Shown in pieces: positions 48,914 to 59,423 of a stretch of 64,000 nucleotides of DNA. The notes under the pieces were generated by a model that was not told the origin of the DNA, did not search any database, and worked only from the letters and a program-made list of their open reading frames with translations. The DNA is from an uncultured Eubacteriales bacterium (GTDB lineage Bacteria > Bacillota > Clostridia > Oscillospirales > Acutalibacteraceae), in the NCBI GenBank assembly GCA_964653925.1, contig CAZZHP010000001.1:16992-80991 (forward strand), read 5' to 3'. Every line of letters starts with the position of its first letter. Position 1 is the first letter of the stretch. The position numbers and the translations under genes are program-made.

Positions 48914-50632
48914 ATGAATATAGAAAAAACATTCAATATTTGGCTTGAAAAAGCAGTCGATGATATTGATATTTTAAACGAGCTTAAAAATATATCCGAT
49001 AACGATAATGAGATTTACGAAAGATTCTATAAATCTTTGGAGTTTGGCACAGCCGGTTTGCGTGGCATAATTGGTGCCGGTACAAATCGAATGAATATTT
49101 ATACTGTAAGAGTGGCTACACAAGGTCTTGCAAATTATATAAACAAAAAGTTTGGCGACAATTGTGCAATCGCCATATCTCACGATAGCCGTATTAAAGC
49201 TGATTTATTTATGATTGAGTCTGCAAGGGTGCTTGCTGCAAATGGCATTAAAGTTTATATTACAAGCGAATTACAGCCAACACCGGTGCTTAGTTTCCTT
49301 GTAAGGCACTTTAATTGTCAAGCCGGTATTATGATTACCGCAAGTCACAATCCTGCTGTCTACAATGGTTACAAAGTTTACGGCGAAGATGGTTGCCAAC
49401 TTACAGATGTTGGTGCTAACCTTGTATACGATGAGATTAGTAAACTTGATATATTTGACGATGTTAAACTTATTGACTTTGACTCCGCAATTAAAGGCGG
49501 TAAGATTGTATATGTAGAAAATAGCGTTTACGATAAATACCTTGCAAATGTTAAAGCTCAACAGGTAAATGATGGCATTTGTAAAGATGTTGATATTAAG
49601 GTAGTTTACACTCCTTTAAACGGTACCGGTAACAAACTTGTCCGCAGGGTACTAAATGATATTGGTGTAAAAGAAACTGTTATTGTTAAAGAGCAGGAAC
49701 TGCCTGACGGTAATTTTACTACCTGTCCTTACCCTAACCCAGAACTTAAAGAGGCTATGCAAAGAGGGCTTGAATTATGTGATATAGAGAAGCCTGATGT
49801 ATTGCTCGCAACCGACCCTGATGCAGATAGAGTTGGTATTGCTGTTCCTGACTACGATGGTAGTTACCGCTTACTTACAGGTAACGAAGTAGGCATTATG
49901 CTTACAGATTATATTTTAAAATCTCGTAAAACTAACGGAACTTTGCCACAAAATCCTGTAATTGTAAAAACTATTGTTACAAGTATTTTGATTGATAGAA
50001 TTTGCCAAAAGTATAATTGCGAACTTAAAAATGTTCTGACAGGATTTAAGTATATCGGTGAAGTAATACTTAACCTCGAAAAAGATAATCAAACGGATAG
50101 GTTTATATTTGGCTTTGAGGAGAGTTCAGGTTACCTTGCAGGTACTTATGTACGGGACAAAGATGCTGTTGTTGCATCTATGCTTATATGTGAGATGACC
50201 GCTTATTACAAAAAGCAGGGCAAAAAACTCTCCGAAGTTATTGATGGTATTTACAATGAATATGGTTATTACTTAAATACAACACTTAATTTTAGCTTTA
50301 ACGGTGCTGCGGGTATGCAAAAAATGGTGGATATTATGTCTAACCTTCGTGCTAATATGCCGACAACAATAGCTAATTTTAAAGTTGTTAAATTATGTGA
50401 TTATCAAGAAAGTAAAGAAATTGATATTGCAGAAAATACAGAGAATACTATTAACTTGCCTAAGTCAAATGTGCTTGCATATCACCTTGAAGGTGGTAAT
50501 GCCTGCATTGTAAGACCAAGTGGTACAGAACCAAAAATTAAAATTTATATCACTGCTGTTGGTAAAGACAAATCACAAGCTACCGAGATTACAAATAATC
50601 TCGCAGAAGATATGAAAAAATATTTAGATTAA
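48914..50632 (+). CDS. phospho-sugar mutase (PgcA-like alpha-phosphoglucomutase/phosphomannomutase)
   Basis: FGTAGLRG, active-site ITASHNPAVYNGYK, DPDADR and RPSGTEPKIK. AGGAGG SD. Confidence 0.85.
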   Translation: MNIEKTFNIWLEKAVDDIDILNELKNISDNDNEIYERFYKSLEFGTAGLRGIIGAGTNRMNIYTVRVATQGLANYINKKFGDNCAIAISHDSRIKADLFMIESARVLAANGIKVYITSELQPTPVLSFLVRHFNCQAGIMITASHNPAVYNGYKVYGEDGCQLTDVGANLVYDEISKLDIFDDVKLIDFDSAIKGGKIVYVENSVYDKYLANVKAQQVNDGICKDVDIKVVYTPLNGTGNKLVRRVLNDIGVKETVIVKEQELPDGNFTTCPYPNPELKEAMQRGLELCDIEKPDVLLATDPDADRVGIAVPDYDGSYRLLTGNEVGIMLTDYILKSRKTNGTLPQNPVIVKTIVTSILIDRICQKYNCELKNVLTGFKYIGEVILNLEKDNQTDRFIFGFEESSGYLAGTYVRDKDAVVASMLICEMTAYYKKQGKKLSEVIDGIYNEYGYYLNTTLNFSFNGAAGMQKMVDIMSNLRANMPTTIANFKVVKLCDYQESKEIDIAENTENTINLPKSNVLAYHLEGGNACIVRPSGTEPKIKIYITAVGKDKSQATEITNNLAEDMKKYLD

Positions 50633-50658
50633 TATTTTAATTAACTAAAATAATACTG

Positions 50659-50700
50659 AACTCCAAGTTTTATTTGATATAATAAAACTTGGAGTTTTTT
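50659..50700 (+). terminator. strong intrinsic terminator
   Basis: 16-bp perfect stem (AACTCCAAGTTTTATT pairs with AATAAAACTTGGAGTT) with a 6-nt loop, followed by a T-run. Confidence 0.8.
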
Positions 50701-50808
50701 GCATTTGTATTTTAATCGTGGTGTTTTACAAAAACAAAATTTATGAGATAACCTGTTTATGACACTTTTTTTATATACAAAGTGGGATAATATTTTTGGT
50801 GATTAATT

Positions 50809-51606
50809 ATGACAGTTTATATAGATGTACTTATATGTGTTAATATATTTATAAACTTCTTTTTATTAATTTGCTTAAAAAAATTTATGAGTATAAATGT
50901 TAAGTTACAAAGAATTATAATATCCGCTGTTATATCAAGTTTGTTGTCACTAATTATTTTTTTGCCCGAACCGACATTAATCTTAAATATATTAATAAAG
51001 ATACTATCCGCTTGTTTAGTGATTTTAGTAGCGTTTAAATTTGTAAACTTTAAAATATTTATGCAGAGAATTTGTGCGTTTATACTTATAAACATAAGTT
51101 TTTGTGGACTTATGATGTTGTTCTATCAACTTTTTAAACCTAACAAAATGATAATTTACAATGATATAGTATACTTTGATATTTCTCCTGTATTTTTGAT
51201 AGTTGCTACTTTGGTATGCTATTTTGTCATGCAATTTATTCAAAGGTTAACAGGCCGTAGTGAGGTCAAGAGTACCCTTGTTAATGTAAGTTTTGCTATC
51301 CAGAATAAAATTTACTCTTGTGTCGGTAAAATAGATACAGGTTGTACCCTTAAAGAGCCGTTTTCATCTGCCCCTGTAATTGTTGTAGATAGAAAAATTT
51401 TAGGGGATAATTTTATAATAGATGATAAAAACATAAGAATTATACCGTTTGATACAATAAACGGCAAGGGTATACTAAAATCTTTTGCCCCTGAATGGGT
51501 GTCTATTAATTGTAATAAAATTGAAAAAATGATTTACATAGCGATAAGCGAAAATAAATTTAACAGCAATTTTGAGGCTTTGTTAAATATGGAGGTATTA
51601 CAATGA
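50809..51606 (+). CDS. spoIIGA: sigma-E processing peptidase SpoIIGA
   Basis: [21 protein letters not shown]-terminus, 5 TM helices, aspartic protease motif [13 protein letters not shown] overlap with sigE. Confidence 0.85.
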   Translation: MTVYIDVLICVNIFINFFLLICLKKFMSINVKLQRIIISAVISSLLSLIIFLPEPTLILNILIKILSACLVILVAFKFVNFKIFMQRICAFILINISFCGLMMLFYQLFKPNKMIIYNDIVYFDISPVFLIVATLVCYFVMQFIQRLTGRSEVKSTLVNVSFAIQNKIYSCVGKIDTGCTLKEPFSSAPVIVVDRKILGDNFIIDDKNIRIIPFDTINGKGILKSFAPEWVSINCNKIEKMIYIAISENKFNSNFEALLNMEVLQ

Positions 51607-52304
51607 TTTTTCAAAGAATATTTTTAAAATTAAGGGATTTGTTTACATTTAACACAAGTTGCCATTATATAAACGGTAGTGAAACCTTGCCTCCGCCTTT
51701 ATCAGCAAAAGATGAGAGAACAATAATTGAGAAAATTTCATTGGGAGATGAATCAGCCAGAGAACCGCTAATAGTGCATAATTTACGACTTGTAGTATAT
51801 ATAGCGAAAAAGTTTGAATCTTCTAATGTTTATATAGAGGACCTGATATCTATAGGAACTATTGGACTTATTAAGGCGGTAAATACATTTTCGCCAGAAA
51901 AAAATATAAAACTTGCTACTTATGCTTCGAGGTGCATAGAAAACGAAATACTTATGCATTTGCGAAAAATAGCACAACAAAAAAATGAAATGTCAATAGA
52001 TGAACCCCTTAATACAGATTGGGACGGTAACGAACTATTATTGTGCGATATTTTAGGTAGTGACCCCGATGTAGTTAATAAAGATATGGAACAGCAAATA
52101 GAATGTGATTTATTACTAAATGCAGTATCACATTTATCAAAAAGAGAATCAGTAATAATGGAACTTAGATTTGGTTTAAACGGAAAAGGCGAACATACAC
52201 AAAAACAAGTAGCCGATATGTTAGGCATATCACAATCGTACATATCCAGATTAGAGAAAAAAATCTTGTGCCGATTAAAAAAAGAATTGGAAACAGTCGA
52301 TTAA
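51603..52304 (+). CDS. sigE: sporulation sigma factor SigE (pro-sigma-E)
   Basis: Near-identical blocks to Bacillus pro-sigma-E: [64 protein letters not shown]. Confidence 0.92.
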   Translation: MIFQRIFLKLRDLFTFNTSCHYINGSETLPPPLSAKDERTIIEKISLGDESAREPLIVHNLRLVVYIAKKFESSNVYIEDLISIGTIGLIKAVNTFSPEKNIKLATYASRCIENEILMHLRKIAQQKNEMSIDEPLNTDWDGNELLLCDILGSDPDVVNKDMEQQIECDLLLNAVSHLSKRESVIMELRFGLNGKGEHTQKQVADMLGISQSYISRLEKKILCRLKKELETVD

Positions 52305-52320
52305 AATTTGCATTAAAAAA

Positions 52321-52346
52321 GCCCATACGGAATTTTCCGTATGGGC
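52321..52346. terminator. bidirectional terminator between sigE and the convergent acidic-protein gene
   Basis: GCCCATACGG-AATTTT-CCGTATGGGC, a 10-bp GC-rich stem. The A6 run on the left gives a U-run for the minus-strand transcript. Confidence 0.7.
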
Positions 52347-52358
52347 GAAATTCTTATA

Positions 52359-53066
52359 TTAATGTTTACCTCTGTATGAGTTATTCTTGTTACCGGAATA
52401 ATTATCACCATAGTCATCGGCCGGTTTTACATTACTGCGTTGGCGTACAGGTATTTTTTTTACATACTCTATCTTTTGGGTAAGTACAATTACCGCTAAC
52501 AGGCTACAAGTCGCACAGACAACTAACGCAATGCCTAAAACTATTATCCAAGTACCGTTGTTTTGCTTATCATCGTTATCTTTTATAAAGGAGAAATCAT
52601 CACCGTTATCATCAATAATATCCCCACCGTTATCTTCTTTAAGTTCAAGTTCAAGACCAATTTGCTCCCAATCGTTATCAGTCAATGTATTTGTATCTAC
52701 ATCACCTGTAACATCAATTGTTTCTATTTCATCACTTGAAACATAATCTTCTGGTTCCTCGATAGGTTCTGTTTCTGATATAGGTTGGGTTTCATCTTCT
52801 TCAGCAGGGTCATCACCAAACTCGTCAGTTGTAGGGTCTGTCTCGTTTGACCACTCGCCTTCTTCGCTTTCATCGGTGTTACCAGATGACTCCGAAATCT
52901 GCTCCATAGATTCTTGTTCAGATGACAATTCTTCTGGTTCAAATTCGGACATTGATGTTTCGGAACGTGTATTTTCGCTTGTTTCAGTCGCCAAAGTTGA
53001 AAAACTGAAAAAAACTATACATAGAATAATTGATAATATAGAAATAATCTTTTTGTTTTTTAACAT
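52359..53066 (-). CDS. highly acidic type-I membrane protein, hypothetical
   Basis: Signal peptide, a long Glu/Asp/Ser/Thr-rich ectodomain of roughly 150-170 aa, one C-terminal TM (WIIVLGIALVVCATCSLLAVIVL) and a basic tail. GGGGAG SD. Confidence 0.55.
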   Translation of the reverse strand: MLKNKKIISILSIILCIVFFSFSTLATETSENTRSETSMSEFEPEELSSEQESMEQISESSGNTDESEEGEWSNETDPTTDEFGDDPAEEDETQPISETEPIEEPEDYVSSDEIETIDVTGDVDTNTLTDNDWEQIGLELELKEDNGGDIIDDNGDDFSFIKDNDDKQNNGTWIIVLGIALVVCATCSLLAVIVLTQKIEYVKKIPVRQRSNVKPADDYGDNYSGNKNNSYRGKH

Positions 53067-53109
53067 ATCATTTCTCCCCTAATAAACCTAAAATAACTTA
53101 TCCCATATA

Positions 53110-53138
53110 ATATTAACATATTATTCAAATAAATTCAA
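53110..53138 (-). promoter_or_regulatory. candidate extended -10 promoter (TTGAAT-17-TGtTAATAT on minus strand)
   Basis: The reverse complement gives -35 at 53138-53133 and -10 at 53115-53110, about 45 nt upstream of ATG 53066. Confidence 0.35.
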
Positions 53139-53180
53139 CCTATATTTCTAATATTTTTCAAAAATTTTTTATAAATAAAA

Positions 53181-53228
53181 TACTGCAATATACATTAAAT
53201 ATTTTATAGAAAATATCATATTGCAGTA
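53181..53228 (-). terminator. possible terminator downstream of pcrA (long-loop hairpin)
   Basis: TACTGCAATAT pairs with ATATTGCAGTA over 11 bp with a 26-nt loop, followed on the minus strand by TTTTATTTAT. Confidence 0.4.
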
Positions 53229-53237
53229 AATAATAGG

Positions 53238-55484
53238 TTATATTTTTGTAAGTTTGGCGTAGTTAGCCATAAGCGTTTTTGTCCCGACTTTATCAAAAGC
53301 AATTTCAAGCATAACATCATTACCCATACGCTCACAACAAATAATCATACCATTACCGAATATATTGTGCTTAACCATATCACCAGCCATATAATTGGTA
53401 GTTTGCTTTGGTTGATTTAAGTTGTTTGATTGTGAACCTTTGTTACTGATAAAAGCACTTGTTTGCTTTGCAAAGTTATTTGTGCCAGCGTTTGTTGTAC
53501 CCTGATAAAAGTCACTGACTTCTACCTTTTTGTTTTCTGCACCTGTATGCTCTAACAAATCTTTTGGAATTTCTAAGGCGAACCTCGACGGCCTGTTAGA
53601 TGTTGTTGAACCTTGAAACATTCTCATTCTTGTTTTAGTAATGTACAATTTGCTTTTTGCCCTTGTTATGCCTACATAAGCAAGTCTGCGTTCTTCGTTA
53701 ATTTCCTCTGGATATAGACTTGAATTTAATGAAGGAAAAATTCCCTCCTCCATTCCTGCAATAAAGACAACAGGAAATTCAAGTCCCTTAGAACTATGTA
53801 ATGTCATAAGTACAGTAGAATCAGACTCTGTATCGTAATTGTCCAAATCGGTCTGTAAAGATATATCCTCTAAGAAGTTTGAAAGTTCCGCCTCGTCACC
53901 GTAATCTTCTTCAAAATTTATGATATTTGATGCTAATTCCTCAATGTTTTCAATTCTTATATCAGCATTATCTTTCTCTGAACGAAGCATTGACTTGTAG
54001 TTAGTACTTTCAAGCAACATTCTATAAATCTCGACTAACGAATAATCTCCGCTTTCGTTTGCTAATATTAAATCGTTTATTAGCTTTACAAAGTCTTTGA
54101 GTTTAGAAGCGGCCCTCGATAATTCAGGATAATCTTCGGCATGTGAGATAACAGTATATATACTCTCGCCTATACCACGTGCAATTTCGGCGGCTTTGTT
54201 TACAGTTGTTTCACCGATTGCCCTCTTAGGTTTATTAATAATTCTGGTAAGCCGTACATTGTCATGCGGGTTGTTTATGACTTGCAGATAAGCAGTCATA
54301 TCCTTGATTTCTTCATAATCATAAAAACGATGACCGCCTATAATTCTATGTGGTATACCACTCCTTGAAAAAGCATACTCTATTGCGTTTGATTGTGCGT
54401 TCATTCTATATAGAACCGCAAAATCAGAAAATTTCCTGCCATTTGCTACACCTTTTAGGATAGTGTCAGCTATATATTTAGCCTCATCTCTCTCATCGTA
54501 AGCGGTATGAAAAGTGATTTTATCCCCTGTATCATTTTCTGTCCAGAGTGTTTTGCCTTTACGGGTAGTATTGTTGGCAATTACACCATTGGCTGCGTTT
54601 AATATATTTTTTGTACTACGGTAATTTTGTTCGAGCTTGATGACTTTTGCACCCTTGAATGTTTTTTCAAAGTTAAGGATATTCTCGATAGTAGCACCTC
54701 TAAATTTGTATATACTTTGGTCATCATCACCGACAACACAAATGTTATTATATTTTTTGGCTAACATACTTACAAATTTATATTGTATGTTGTTGGTATC
54801 CTGATACTCGTCAACCATTATATATCTGAATTTATTCTGGTAGTATTCTAATACATCAGGTGCTGTCTCAAAGAGTTTAACTGTATTGCACAGCATATCA
54901 TCAAAATCCATAGCATCACTATTTTTTAAACGGTCTTGATATTGTTTGTATGCCTTTGCAATAGACACCTTTCGATTATCGTAACCCGCATCGGTAAGAT
55001 ATTGCTCAGGTGAGGTCATTGTATCCTTTGCCTTAGATATTTCACTCAAAACAGAACGATGCGGAAGGAACTTTTCATCAATATTAAGGTTTTTTAAAAT
55101 TTCTTTCATTAATTTACGGCTATCTTGGGTATCATAGACTGTAAAATGATTAGAATAACCTATTCTATCACCATATTGTCTTAATATCCTTGCACATGTT
55201 GAGTGAAATGTTGCTGCCCAGACATCGCCACTGCCCTCACCTACCGAGTCGCATATCCTATTTTTTAATTCAGCAGCCGCTTTATTTGTAAATGTAATAG
55301 CAAGTATTTGCCACGGCATACAGAGTCTAAGTTTTAGTATATAAGAAATGCGATTTACAAGTACAGTAGTTTTGCCCGAACCTGCCCCTGCTAAAATAAG
55401 CAGAGGTCCTTCGGTACAAAACACAGCCTCTTGTTGAGATTTGTTCATTTTACTATACTCTTGTTTAATTAAATCTATATCCAT
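53238..55484 (-). CDS. pcrA: ATP-dependent DNA helicase PcrA/UvrD family
   Basis: NKSQQEAV, AGAGSGKTTVL, VDEYQDTN, TLHSSKGLEFPVVF and YVGITRAK. ATG 55484 is 6 nt after GGAG. The ORF-track ATG 55496 lacks an SD. Confidence 0.92.
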   Translation of the reverse strand: MDIDLIKQEYSKMNKSQQEAVFCTEGPLLILAGAGSGKTTVLVNRISYILKLRLCMPWQILAITFTNKAAAELKNRICDSVGEGSGDVWAATFHSTCARILRQYGDRIGYSNHFTVYDTQDSRKLMKEILKNLNIDEKFLPHRSVLSEISKAKDTMTSPEQYLTDAGYDNRKVSIAKAYKQYQDRLKNSDAMDFDDMLCNTVKLFETAPDVLEYYQNKFRYIMVDEYQDTNNIQYKFVSMLAKKYNNICVVGDDDQSIYKFRGATIENILNFEKTFKGAKVIKLEQNYRSTKNILNAANGVIANNTTRKGKTLWTENDTGDKITFHTAYDERDEAKYIADTILKGVANGRKFSDFAVLYRMNAQSNAIEYAFSRSGIPHRIIGGHRFYDYEEIKDMTAYLQVINNPHDNVRLTRIINKPKRAIGETTVNKAAEIARGIGESIYTVISHAEDYPELSRAASKLKDFVKLINDLILANESGDYSLVEIYRMLLESTNYKSMLRSEKDNADIRIENIEELASNIINFEEDYGDEAELSNFLEDISLQTDLDNYDTESDSTVLMTLHSSKGLEFPVVFIAGMEEGIFPSLNSSLYPEEINEERRLAYVGITRAKSKLYITKTRMRMFQGSTTSNRPSRFALEIPKDLLEHTGAENKKVEVSDFYQGTTNAGTNNFAKQTSAFISNKGSQSNNLNQPKQTTNYMAGDMVKHNIFGNGMIICCERMGNDVMLEIAFDKVGTKTLMANYAKLTKI

Positions 55485-55508
55485 TACATACTCCATTTAC
55501 TGTAAAAT

Positions 55509-55754
55509 TTATTTAATTGCCTCTTTGAGTGCCTGTGCAAGTTGGTCGGGACAAGATGTATTTCTTTTGTTACAACTTATACCCGAGAGTTTTTGTATAG
55601 CTTCATTTACATCCATACCCTCAACAAGTTTTGAAATACCTTGCAAATTACCGTTACAACCGCCTGTAAAACTTACAGATTTGATTTTGTTATCTTCTAA
55701 TTCAATATCAATTTTGCGTGAGCAAACGCCCTTTGGTATATAAGAAAAAATCAT
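55509..55754 (-). CDS. small TSCPD-domain protein (TIGR03905-like)
   Basis: 81 aa with IPKGVCSRKIDIELEDNKIKSVSFTGGCNGN and ISCNKRNTSCPDQLA, the four-Cys pattern I associate with this family. Confidence 0.75.
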   Translation of the reverse strand: MIFSYIPKGVCSRKIDIELEDNKIKSVSFTGGCNGNLQGISKLVEGMDVNEAIQKLSGISCNKRNTSCPDQLAQALKEAIK

Positions 55755-55789
55755 ATTATTTACTATCCTTCTTCATATTATAATTCATT

Positions 55790-57685
55790 TTATTCGAGTT
55801 CAAATGCACCTGTATATAATTGATAATAACTGCCCTTTTGTGCCAACAAATCTTCGTGTGAGCCTCTTTCGATAATCTTGCCATGATCAAGTACTATAAT
55901 AACATCGGAATTTTTTACAGTAGATAATCTATGTGCAATTACAAATACCGTTCTGCCCTTCATAAGTGCATCCATACCACGCTGGACAATAGCCTCTGTC
56001 CTTGTATCTATTGATGAAGTTGCTTCATCAAGTATCATAACAGGTGGGTCAGCAACCGCAGCACGAGCAATAGATATAAGTTGTCTTTGACCTTGTGAAA
56101 GGTTAGCACCGTTACCGGTTAGCATAGTATTATATCCATCAGGTAAACGAATGATAGTCTCGTGAACTCCTAAGAATTTAGCAGCATCTATACACTCTTT
56201 GTCGGTTGCATCAAGTTTACCGTATCTAATGTTATCCATTACTGTACCGGTAAATAAATTTGTATCCTGCAAAACCATACCGAGTGAACGCCTTAAATCA
56301 TTTTTGTTAATTTTGTTTATATTTATTCCGTCATATCTGATTTTGCCATCGGCAATATCATAAAATCTGTTTATAAGGTTGGTTATTGTAGTTTTGCCTG
56401 CACCTGTTGAACCTACAAATGCGACCTTTTGACCTGGTTTTGCATACAATGATACATTTTGTAATACAGGCTTACCCTTATCATATTCAAAATCAACATC
56501 AAACATACGGACATCACCCATAAGTCTTGTGTACGAAACCGTACCGTCAGCTTGGTGAGGATGCTTCCATGCCCAAATATGAGTACGCTCCTCACATTCT
56601 ACAAGCTCGCCATCTACTTCTTTTGCATTGACAAGTGTAACATAACCCTCATCAAATTCTACTTCTTCATCAAGAAGTGAGAATATCCTCTCTGTACCTG
56701 CAAGTCCCATAACAACAGCGTTAATCTGGTGAGAAACCTGACCAATATTACCTGCAAATTGTTTGGTCATATTTAAAAATGGTACGAGTATACTAATGCC
56801 AAAAGCAAGACCAGATATACTGATATTTTTTACATTTGAAATAAGCAAAACACCACCGCAAATTGCAACTACAACATACAGTACATTACCTAAATTATTA
56901 AGCACAGGTCCGAGAATATTTGCATATTTGTTTGCTTTTTCTGAATGTCTGAAAAGTTCATCGTTATATCTATCAAAGTCCTTTTTACTTTCTTCTTCAT
57001 GACAAAAAACTTTTACAACTTTTTGTCCGTTCATAATTTCTTCTATAAATCCCTCAGTGTAACCTATTTGTATCTGTTGTTTTAAGAAGTATTTTGCGGA
57101 ACCACCGCCAACCTTCTTGGTAATATATAGCATTATAATTATACCCGCAATTACAATCATTGTAAGCAACATAGAGTAATACATCATAATGCAAAATACA
57201 CTTACAACAGTTATCAAGGTTACAAGCAAACTCGGGAAACTCTGGCTAATCATTTGCCTAAGTGAGTCAATATCATTTGTATAATAACTCATAATATCAC
57301 CGTGATTGGTAGTATCAAAATATTTTATAGGCAACCTTTGCATGTGATTAAACATTTTTTCACGCATTTTTTTGAGTGTGCTTTGTGTAATTATTGCAAT
57401 AAGCTGATTATAAATTGCATTTGCTGTGATAGATACGATATATAAAATTACAAGTATAATAACTAACCTTAATATTTGACCGCCAACCACAGCCCAGTCA
57501 CCCTTTAAATAGTTTTCCTCAACTAATGCAATAACATTCTGCATAAATATGGCAGGAATAGATGACATTATGGCATTAAATATAATACAGCCTATTGTTA
57601 GAGGCATCATAACAGGGTGAAATTCGAACATTGTTTTTATAAGTCTTGGTATTGTACCTTTTTTTATCTTATTATTTTTATTCAT
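55790..57685 (-). CDS. ABC exporter, fused permease/ATPase (heterodimer partner 2)
   Basis: Six-TM domain followed by GSTGAGKTT, LSQGQRQL and ILDEATSSID. ATG 57685 is 6 nt after AGGTG and overlaps the upstream gene by 8 nt. Confidence 0.85.
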   Translation of the reverse strand: MNKNNKIKKGTIPRLIKTMFEFHPVMMPLTIGCIIFNAIMSSIPAIFMQNVIALVEENYLKGDWAVVGGQILRLVIILVILYIVSITANAIYNQLIAIITQSTLKKMREKMFNHMQRLPIKYFDTTNHGDIMSYYTNDIDSLRQMISQSFPSLLVTLITVVSVFCIMMYYSMLLTMIVIAGIIIMLYITKKVGGGSAKYFLKQQIQIGYTEGFIEEIMNGQKVVKVFCHEEESKKDFDRYNDELFRHSEKANKYANILGPVLNNLGNVLYVVVAICGGVLLISNVKNISISGLAFGISILVPFLNMTKQFAGNIGQVSHQINAVVMGLAGTERIFSLLDEEVEFDEGYVTLVNAKEVDGELVECEERTHIWAWKHPHQADGTVSYTRLMGDVRMFDVDFEYDKGKPVLQNVSLYAKPGQKVAFVGSTGAGKTTITNLINRFYDIADGKIRYDGININKINKNDLRRSLGMVLQDTNLFTGTVMDNIRYGKLDATDKECIDAAKFLGVHETIIRLPDGYNTMLTGNGANLSQGQRQLISIARAAVADPPVMILDEATSSIDTRTEAIVQRGMDALMKGRTVFVIAHRLSTVKNSDVIIVLDHGKIIERGSHEDLLAQKGSYYQLYTGAFELE

Positions 57686-59423
57686 TTTCAACACCTGCCT
57701 TATTTTGAGATATATAAATATCTCGGTAAATCTCATTATTTGCTAAAAGTTCCTTATGTGAACCGATAGCGTTTATCCTGCCACCTTCCATAACAATAAT
57801 TCTGTCTGCATCTTCTACAGAAGCAGTTCTTTGGGCTATAATAATCTTGGTTGTTTCAGGTATATAGGTTCTAAGTGCATTTCTAATCTTTGCATCAGTT
57901 TTAGTATCGACAGCACTTGTCGAGTCATCAAGAATAATAATCTTCGGTTTACTGATTAAGGCTCTTGCAATACAAAGCCTTTGTTTTTGACCGCCGGATA
58001 CATTAGCACCGCCCTGCTCAATATGTGTATCATATTTGTCCGGAAATCTATCAATAAACTCATCTGCACAAGCAAGTTTGCATGCCATACTGATTTCTTC
58101 ATCAGTTGCATCTTTTTTACCCCAACATATATTCTCCCTGATAGAGCCAGAGAATAAAATATTTTTCTGCAATACAACTGCAACCTGCTCCCTTAATGAC
58201 TTCATATCATAGTCTCTTACATTAATGCCACCTACTTCTACTGCACCTTCTGTGGTATCATACAACCGTGAAATAAGTTGTATAAGTGAGGACTTAGAAG
58301 AACCCGTAGCACCAATAATACCAATGGTTTCACCTGATTTTATATCAAGGTTTATATCGGAAAGGGCGTTATATTCGCTATTATTTGAATATTTAAAGTT
58401 AACATTTTTAAATGATATAGAACCGTCAGCAACATCATATACAGGATTTGCAGGGTTAGATAATGTGCTTTTCTCATCAAGTATCTCAACTATACGCCTT
58501 GCAGATTCGGCTGACATAGTTATCATAACAAAAACAAAGGAAAACATCATTAAACTATTTAATATCATAAAACTGTATGTAAGCAATGCGGAAAATTGTC
58601 CTACATCAAGGTCTAAACCTTTGGTGGAGATAATAGTATACGAACCAAAAGAAAGCACAAAAATCATTACTATGTTTAAACATAATTGCATAATCGGGCT
58701 ATTAAGTGCTAATATGCGTTCAGCTTTGGTAAAATCTTTACACACATTATCGGCAACATTGTCAAATTTTTGTTGTTCAAATTCCTCACGAACAAAAGAT
58801 TTTACAACACGCATTCCCTTGACATTTTCCTGAATTGAGGCATTGAGGTTATCGTATTTAATAAAAACACTTTTAAATATAGGCACAGCATTTTTGGCAA
58901 TCATAATAACACCAAACGCAAGAATAGGCACAACAACTACAAATATGCTTGCCATCTTGTTGCCACCCATAATAAACGCCATAACAATAGCAAATACAAA
59001 CATAAACGGTGAACGGACAAAAACACGAATAATCATCATATATGAGTCTTTGACATTTGTTATGTCGGTAGTCATACGGGTAACAAGTGACGAGGTGGAA
59101 AATTTGTCTATATTTTCAAACGAAAAATTTTGAATGTTATAGAACATATCTTTCCTTAAATTTCTGGCAAAACCGCAAGAAGCAGTTGCACAGGTTATAC
59201 CGGCAATAAGACCAAAGGTGAGCGATAATATTGCCAATAACAAAAGTATACTGCCGTATTTTATTATAACATCAATACCGCAGTTAGCTTTAATTTGATT
59301 TACAAGTTCGGCTGTTATAAAAGGTATTATACACTCAATAACTACTTCAAAAAATACAAGTATAGGAGTAATTATAGAGGTCTTTTTGTACTCTCTTATA
59401 CAACCAGCAAGTTTTTTAATCAT
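57678..59423 (-). CDS. ABC exporter, fused permease/ATPase (heterodimer partner 1)
   Basis: Six-TM domain followed by GATGSSKSS, VSGGQKQR and ILDDSTSAVD. Confidence 0.85.
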   Translation of the reverse strand: MIKKLAGCIREYKKTSIITPILVFFEVVIECIIPFITAELVNQIKANCGIDVIIKYGSILLLLAILSLTFGLIAGITCATASCGFARNLRKDMFYNIQNFSFENIDKFSTSSLVTRMTTDITNVKDSYMMIIRVFVRSPFMFVFAIVMAFIMGGNKMASIFVVVVPILAFGVIMIAKNAVPIFKSVFIKYDNLNASIQENVKGMRVVKSFVREEFEQQKFDNVADNVCKDFTKAERILALNSPIMQLCLNIVMIFVLSFGSYTIISTKGLDLDVGQFSALLTYSFMILNSLMMFSFVFVMITMSAESARRIVEILDEKSTLSNPANPVYDVADGSISFKNVNFKYSNNSEYNALSDINLDIKSGETIGIIGATGSSKSSLIQLISRLYDTTEGAVEVGGINVRDYDMKSLREQVAVVLQKNILFSGSIRENICWGKKDATDEEISMACKLACADEFIDRFPDKYDTHIEQGGANVSGGQKQRLCIARALISKPKIIILDDSTSAVDTKTDAKIRNALRTYIPETTKIIIAQRTASVEDADRIIVMEGGRINAIGSHKELLANNEIYRDIYISQNKAGVENE

